This document shows, in pieces, positions 58,685 through 64,000 of a stretch of 64,000 bases of DNA (position 1 is its first letter; the number at the start of each line of letters is the position of its first letter). Under the pieces are notes generated by a model. It made no database searches. It was not told the origin of the DNA and worked only from the letters and a program-made list of their open reading frames with translations. The position numbers and the translations under genes are program-made. Origin of the DNA: Eledone cirrhosa (Eukaryota); assembly GCA_964016885.1 (NCBI GenBank), contig CAXHJY010000133.1, positions 248,001-312,000 of the forward strand, read 5' to 3'.

Positions 58685-60287
58685 AATAAACCTTTCAAGG
58701 ATTTACACAAATCCAGCCTCCGGTCATTTCATTATGATATATATATATATATATATATGAAATATAAGAATCAAAGAACTGTTCAAAACATTATTGTGCT
58801 TACAGCTGTTTCCTCCAAACCGAGGTTTGGATTCTTCGGAGCAATTTATTAATGCATGGACAGTTATATGACCTCCTTTTCAGCCGAGAGACATACCAAT
58901 ACATATTCAAACATTGATACATATTCAAACATTGTGGGTCAACATTCATTACAGAATTTAGAGTGGCAGTACACACTTCGAGATTACATTTATATTAATA
59001 GGTACAATCAAAAATCAAAAATATAGGTTAAAATACAACATGAAGATAAGCGGTTATATAGTGCAAATGTTATATGTGTGGCACGCATGTGCGTCTTGTT
59101 TATATAGTGTGGCAGAGAGATATGTGTGGTAGAGGCACTTAGGTAGGTAAATAAGAGTGTTAGGTTGGTAGATCTGGTGGCAAATTCTTTATATGATTGA
59201 TATAGTCTGTGTGTGGAGAAATATTATAAGCATTAAAGATAGTGCAAGCATTAAAAGTGTTATAAGTAATGGAGATGCACAGCGCAGGGATGTCAAGTAT
59301 TTCATGTACTTCGGCATTTTCATGGTCAGGGGAGTGTATTTTTCGATTATATGCCCTTCACATAATCCACGACAATCCAGTTAGAGATCGTAGTCTGGTG
59401 TTCCTTAGTTCGATACAGGAGGTTGTTACGTTTCTAGAAACGCCATTGAATACCGCCCGGAAGTGTGTGTGTGGCTAAGGGGAGTTAATGCATGCGGGGA
59501 GGTAACTCTGGGGTTTCTATATCTAGCCATTAAAATGTGTCCCAATATAGACCCTAAATTCTATGGTGATGCGCATCTTCTAAGAGAGATTTTTAAAGCA
59601 TAGAGTGTATTAACTATAGAGTAGTTTAATTAAGTTATGCTGAAGGTGATCATATTAATATGGTGGATTAACCCATCTTAAGGTGCCACAAATGGAAATT
59701 ATAGATGATGAGCGAGGATTCTAAATTAATGATCTCTGTGGTTGTAGTCTGCTCATATGACCAGGCGCGGTGATTGCAGGCTTGCTTCAGGACCCAATGA
59801 TCTCTGGTAGGATCTGGGTCATCGCTTGCTACATTTGATGTCGAAAGATAATCATCCCCAGGCCGGCTAAAGGTCAATCCGCAGTCCTCGCGACCCCTCA
59901 CTGACCGTCAGATCATCCATATACGTACAATCCGCACGGCAGTTGCAATGCATTCACTCACTGCGCTCAGCAGTCCGGTCCTACTGGTCAACAGCGTTAC
60001 TCGAATAAATCATTTTACATCCGTCTAAGGAAGGTGTTTCCTCTGCACAACACTATCCAACCGATCAATTCATGCTCAAATTACCCTTAGAGCGGTGTAG
60101 TGCCGTTCAAGTGGGTGGATGTTGTCACACCTGCCGTAGAGGTATAAATGGGTATTCTCCCTGCGAAGGGTTCCAGAGGGATGTCGTTGTTTGTGTTATA
60201 ATGGATCAGTTAGTGTTGGGTATGTAGTATAAGGTGTGTCTCTGGTGTTTGATGCTAGATGTGGTGTTAGGTTCCAGTCCGACATTG

Positions 60288-61583
60288 CTATATATTGGGC
60301 TTAAAGTTTTTGAAGGAATGTCTGAAGCGGTGCTGGCAAGTTGCAAACACCTCAGATTTTTTGTTAAGTAGGTTACGGTTGGAGAAGATAATATTGTGTG
60401 TCTCTAGTATACAGAGGTTACAGAATTTATTAGGTGGTTTGTACGAGGTCGCGCTGCCTATCACTTCCCATTTGAGTGTGTATGGTTTATTTTTCGATTT
60501 TAGATAGTGTATGTAGCTAGAAAGTGAGGTGGAGTTGGCTAGGCTGTGCTTTTTGAACGAGTGGATGTGCGAGTTATATCTGATTTTGAAGCAGTTAGAA
60601 GTGGAGCCTACATAGGTTTCTGAAGAGTTATTAGTCGTGACGGTGCATGAGTATATGACATCCTTGGTTAGGCATTTTTTATCTAAAGGGCAGGTTCTAT
60701 TAGCTCTACAGTTACAATTATCCTGTGCGTTGGTCCGCTGGTTATAATGCAATGCGGAAGTCTGTGTGGTAGATATAGGATTTTGGGTGTTCGGGTTGAC
60801 AACCCTGGTGTTATTACTTATACTAGTGTTATTTCTATTGTTACTGCCGTTGCTATGGTTGCTTGCTACAGTGGTATTTAGAGGGTTTGCATCCCGTTGT
60901 GATTTTGTTTGTTGGAAGTAAGAACTAATTTTACTATTATTGCTGCTAGCTATGTGGTATGCTAAGTTAGGCGTCGTAGAGTATGAGATTTTAATGGTGT
61001 TTTTGTTTAAGAGGTTGTGGTACTTGTGTCCTAGAGGGAAGTTTTTATCTAGTAGTGAGAAGAAAGCCCTAGGTATGTTGGTGGAGACATTTAGGTTGAA
61101 AGGAGGGTTGAAAAATGTATTATTTCTTCTTCTATTTTTGCTTTTAGTGTTTGGTGTGCTGCTTCCTCCTAAGGCCCCACAGTAGTTTCCATGGTAATGG
61201 TTACTTCCGGTGGCACCCTCCGCTTTGGTGCACTTGTGGTTGCTATTCCTATTATTAGATTTCCTCATGGACATGTTGTGCGAGATGATGTTGTAGCTAT
61301 GTGTTTTCTTAGGTAGGAACTCAATTTCTATATTATGGCCGGAGCTAGCTAATGCTTGATTGTAATATTGTGAGTTTTTGCTAAATATGTTTGCGTCATA
61401 GGACAGACTAGAGATTCTATTGGACACCCCCTTAGAGATAGAGTTTAATATTGATCTAGGGTGATTAGACTTGGTATCTACGTAAATAAGTTTCTCATTA
61501 GGCTTATGGAAAGGTGTATATATTTTTGAGTCTAGGTATAGTGTGGCGTCTAGGAAGTTAACATTTTTAGTGTTTTTGTCCAT
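60288..61583 (-). CDS. PLE polyprotein C-terminal part: RT motif E/thumb and GIY-YIG endonuclease (after frameshift)
   Basis: VNFLD, KP..YV..SNHP, CNCRANRTC, VIYSCTV..TYVGST..FKIRYNSH, LKWE, CNLCILE, CQH. Confidence 0.88.
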   Translation of the reverse strand: MDKNTKNVNFLDATLYLDSKIYTPFHKPNEKLIYVDTKSNHPRSILNSISKGVSNRISSLSYDANIFSKNSQYYNQALASSGHNIEIEFLPKKTHSYNIISHNMSMRKSNNRNSNHKCTKAEGATGSNHYHGNYCGALGGSSTPNTKSKNRRRNNTFFNPPFNLNVSTNIPRAFFSLLDKNFPLGHKYHNLLNKNTIKISYSTTPNLAYHIASSNNSKISSYFQQTKSQRDANPLNTTVASNHSNGSNNRNNTSISNNTRVVNPNTQNPISTTQTSALHYNQRTNAQDNCNCRANRTCPLDKKCLTKDVIYSCTVTTNNSSETYVGSTSNCFKIRYNSHIHSFKKHSLANSTSLSSYIHYLKSKNKPYTLKWEVIGSATSYKPPNKFCNLCILETHNIIFSNRNLLNKKSEVFATCQHRFRHSFKNFKPNI

Positions 61584-61639
61584 GGTGATACTAAGGTTAA
61601 AGTTTTTGAATGTCTTATGCAGTTGTTTTCTAGTTCTTT

Positions 61640-62746
61640 CTATATTAAATTTTTATATTCTATAAGTAGAAGTGCATCATCGCGGTACAAACCACCGTTG
61701 AGGTAAGGGAGGTCCTTATGGATTTCATTGAGGAGGTATAGGCCGACCAAATCAGTGACCTGCGCCGAGTCACTAGATCCCATGGTTATGTCGAAGTTGC
61801 TGTGCGTATCCTTGCGTGTCCATAGTTGGTCCTCAAAGGTGATTATGGTTTTACGGGCCGCAAGGATGACATCAACCTGGGCTCTAGTCAGGTCGCTATT
61901 GGTCATGGCCATGATAAGTGCCTTATTTAATAGGATAGGGGAAATAGAGGTGTAGTACGAATTGATATCAAATTGAATACATTTTTTGTTCTTCTTATTC
62001 TTGATATCCTTGAACCATTCAATCACTTCACCCGTATTTCCCCATTGTTTAAGGTGTATCTTGTGTTTAATTTGTGGGATGATTTTATCCAAAATCTTCT
62101 TGCTGATAATACCAATGTCGGACTTGGAAGGGCAGATGAGTCTTATCGTGGGGTTGCTGATGAAGTTCTCCTTATGGTCCTTCAGAGAGAATCTAGGGGG
62201 GTTCGGAGTGAAAGGTTGTGTATGCCTCTGTAGTCCTAGTTTAGACACTATATTATAACCCTCTACATTAATATCTTCTAAGTTTTTCAAGGTGGTTTTT
62301 TTGTAGCTTTTATGTAGTTCATTATATATAAACTTTCTATAAGTATTATAATCTAGGCTGTATATGTTATTAGTTTTATCTGCGTATACAATAATTTTAT
62401 TACTAGTTTTGAATCCATTAATAAAAGTGTTAAGTTTGTTTAAGAAGGTGTTGCTTTTAATATGGTGCTTATTGTATTTAATGTTCTTAACTAGTTTAAC
62501 TAGGTCATTTTCAAAGGAGTTAAGTAGAGTGTTATGAGGGGGGCTTTTAAAGGTTTTAAAGCCGAAGGAGTCAAAATTGTTAGTATTATTCAAGTTGTTA
62601 GATTTGTTTCTATCATAATGGAATGTCCTCCATCTCACTCTATTGATAAATGAATTTACACTGTTGATCAGCAATTTCTCATACGTATTCCTGGATGGTA
62701 TTGGTATGTTCTTGGTTGACATGGGGAGTTGGTCTTTGATTAGCAT
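61640..62746 (-). CDS. PLE polyprotein N-terminal part: reverse transcriptase (frameshift near 61650)
   Basis: KNIPIPS, ADKT, KDHK, QFDINSYYTSI, MGSSDS, YRDD; another frame continues NIERTRKQLHKTFKNFNLSITMDKN into the downstream ORF. Confidence 0.9.
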   Translation of the reverse strand: MLIKDQLPMSTKNIPIPSRNTYEKLLINSVNSFINRVRWRTFHYDRNKSNNLNNTNNFDSFGFKTFKSPPHNTLLNSFENDLVKLVKNIKYNKHHIKSNTFLNKLNTFINGFKTSNKIIVYADKTNNIYSLDYNTYRKFIYNELHKSYKKTTLKNLEDINVEGYNIVSKLGLQRHTQPFTPNPPRFSLKDHKENFISNPTIRLICPSKSDIGIISKKILDKIIPQIKHKIHLKQWGNTGEVIEWFKDIKNKKNKKCIQFDINSYYTSISPILLNKALIMAMTNSDLTRAQVDVILAARKTIITFEDQLWTRKDTHSNFDITMGSSDSAQVTDLVGLYLLNEIHKDLPYLNGGLYRDDALLLIEYKNLI

Positions 62747-63777
62747 ATTGGCAATATTATATGTCAGCTCAACGATATGGAGCAGTTAATAGTATTAGTT
62801 ATACTATTTATGGTTATGTAAATACAAAACCTTAAGCAGTTGTAAGTATTTTACACTCACCCTAAATAGTGGTAGGCAGTATTGTATTACTACCTTATTA
62901 CCAGTAAGTTAAGTAGCTCAATGTAAAAACATCAGATGATTTACAGAGCAGTTATATGAAATATAAGAATCAAAGAACTGTTCAAAACATTATTGTGCTT
63001 ACAGCTGTTTCCTCCAAACCGAGGTTTGGATTCTTCGGAGCAATTTATTAATGCATGGACAGTTATATGACCTCCTTTTCAGCCGAGAGACATACCAATA
63101 CATATTCAAACATTGATACATATTCAAACATTGTGGGTCAACATTCATTACAGAATTTAGAGTGGCAGTACACACTTCGAGATTACATTTATATTAATAG
63201 GTACAATCAAAAATCAAAAATATAGGTTAAAATACAACATGAAGATAAGCGGTTATATAGTGCAAATGTTATATGTGTGGCACGCATGTGCGTCTTGTTT
63301 ATATAGTGTGGCAGAGAGATATGTGTGGTAGAGGCACTTAGGTAGGTAAATAAGAGTGTTAGGTTGGTAGATCTGGTGGCAAATTCTTTATATGATTGAT
63401 ATAGTCTGTGTGTGGAGAAATATTATAAGCATTAAAGATAGTGCAAGCATTAAAAGTGTTATAAGTAATGGAGATGCACAGCGCAGGGATGTCAAGTATT
63501 TCATGTACTTCGGCATTTTCATGGTCAGGGGAGTGTATTTTTCGATTATATGCCCGAGATTATATGCTGCGAGATCCGAACTCTTGTAATTGCGCTATAT
63601 TTTTGATTTTTGATTGTACCTATTAATATAAATGTAATCTCGAAGTGTGTACTGCCACTCTAAATTCTGTAATGAATGTTGACCCACAATGTTTGAATAT
63701 GTATCAATGTTTGAATATGTATTGGTATGTCTCTCGGCTGAAAAGGAGGTCATATAACTGTCCATGCATTAATAAAT

Positions 63778-63824
63778 TGCTCCGAAGAATCCAAACCTCG
63801 GTTTGGAGGAAACAGCTGTAAGCA
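63778..63824 (+). ncRNA. Pseudo-LTR hammerhead ribozyme, CCGAAGA core (also 58797-58843 and 62996-63042 on minus strand)
   Basis: TGCT-CCGAAGA-ATCCAAAC-CTCG-GTTTGGAG-GAAAC-AGCT-GTA^AGCA; palindromic stem III ACAGCTGT. Confidence 0.75.
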
Positions 63825-64000
63825 CAATAATGTTTTGAACAGTTCTTTGATTCTTATATTTCATATAACTGCTCTGTAAATCATCTGATGTTTTTACATT
63901 GAGCTACTTAACTTACTGGTAATAAGGTAGTAATACAATACTGCCTACCACTATTTAGGGTGAGTGTAAAATACTTACAACTGCTTAAGGTTTTGTATTT

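Larger units (their letters stand above)
58754..64000 (-). mobile_element. Near full-length Penelope-like retroelement (probably Hydra clade) with pseudo-LTRs and upstream inverted copy
   Basis: Direct repeats 58754-59356 and 62953-63555 (offset 4199); 63595-64000 is the inverse of 62820-63225; 3' end abuts (TA)n. Confidence 0.92.

Noticed and set aside
61583-61660. Selenocysteine or stop read-through joining the two PLE ORFs
   Set aside because: The break is a frame change ending at TAG, not an in-frame TGA.

Overview
Eukaryotic, very AT- and microsatellite-rich DNA. It is probably coleoid cephalopod (octopus-like), inferred only from recognising the tRNA-derived SINE, so the host is not proven. 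Nearly all ORFs in the supplied track are translations of (TA)n, (CA)n, (GA)n or trinucleotide tracts. Real content: (1) one probable first coding exon of an unidentified host gene on the minus strand (20917-21270) with YY1/ETS-like promoter motifs; (2) a cluster of ten tRNA-Thr(UGU) copies (34.5-55.5 kb), partly in a young ~3.05 kb tandem array; (3) a near full-length Penelope-like element (PLE; RT plus C-terminal GIY-YIG, one frameshift, ~600 bp pseudo-LTRs and an inverted copy) at 58.75-64 kb, plus three other PLE coding remnants; (4) LINE, SINE and MITE fragments. The most striking signal is that many short non-repetitive islands between (TA)n tracts are fold-back PLE 3' ends carrying minimal type I hammerhead ribozymes. 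These belong to roughly a dozen families, including U3-A8 and U4C core variants. All ribozyme calls were folded by eye and none has been tested.
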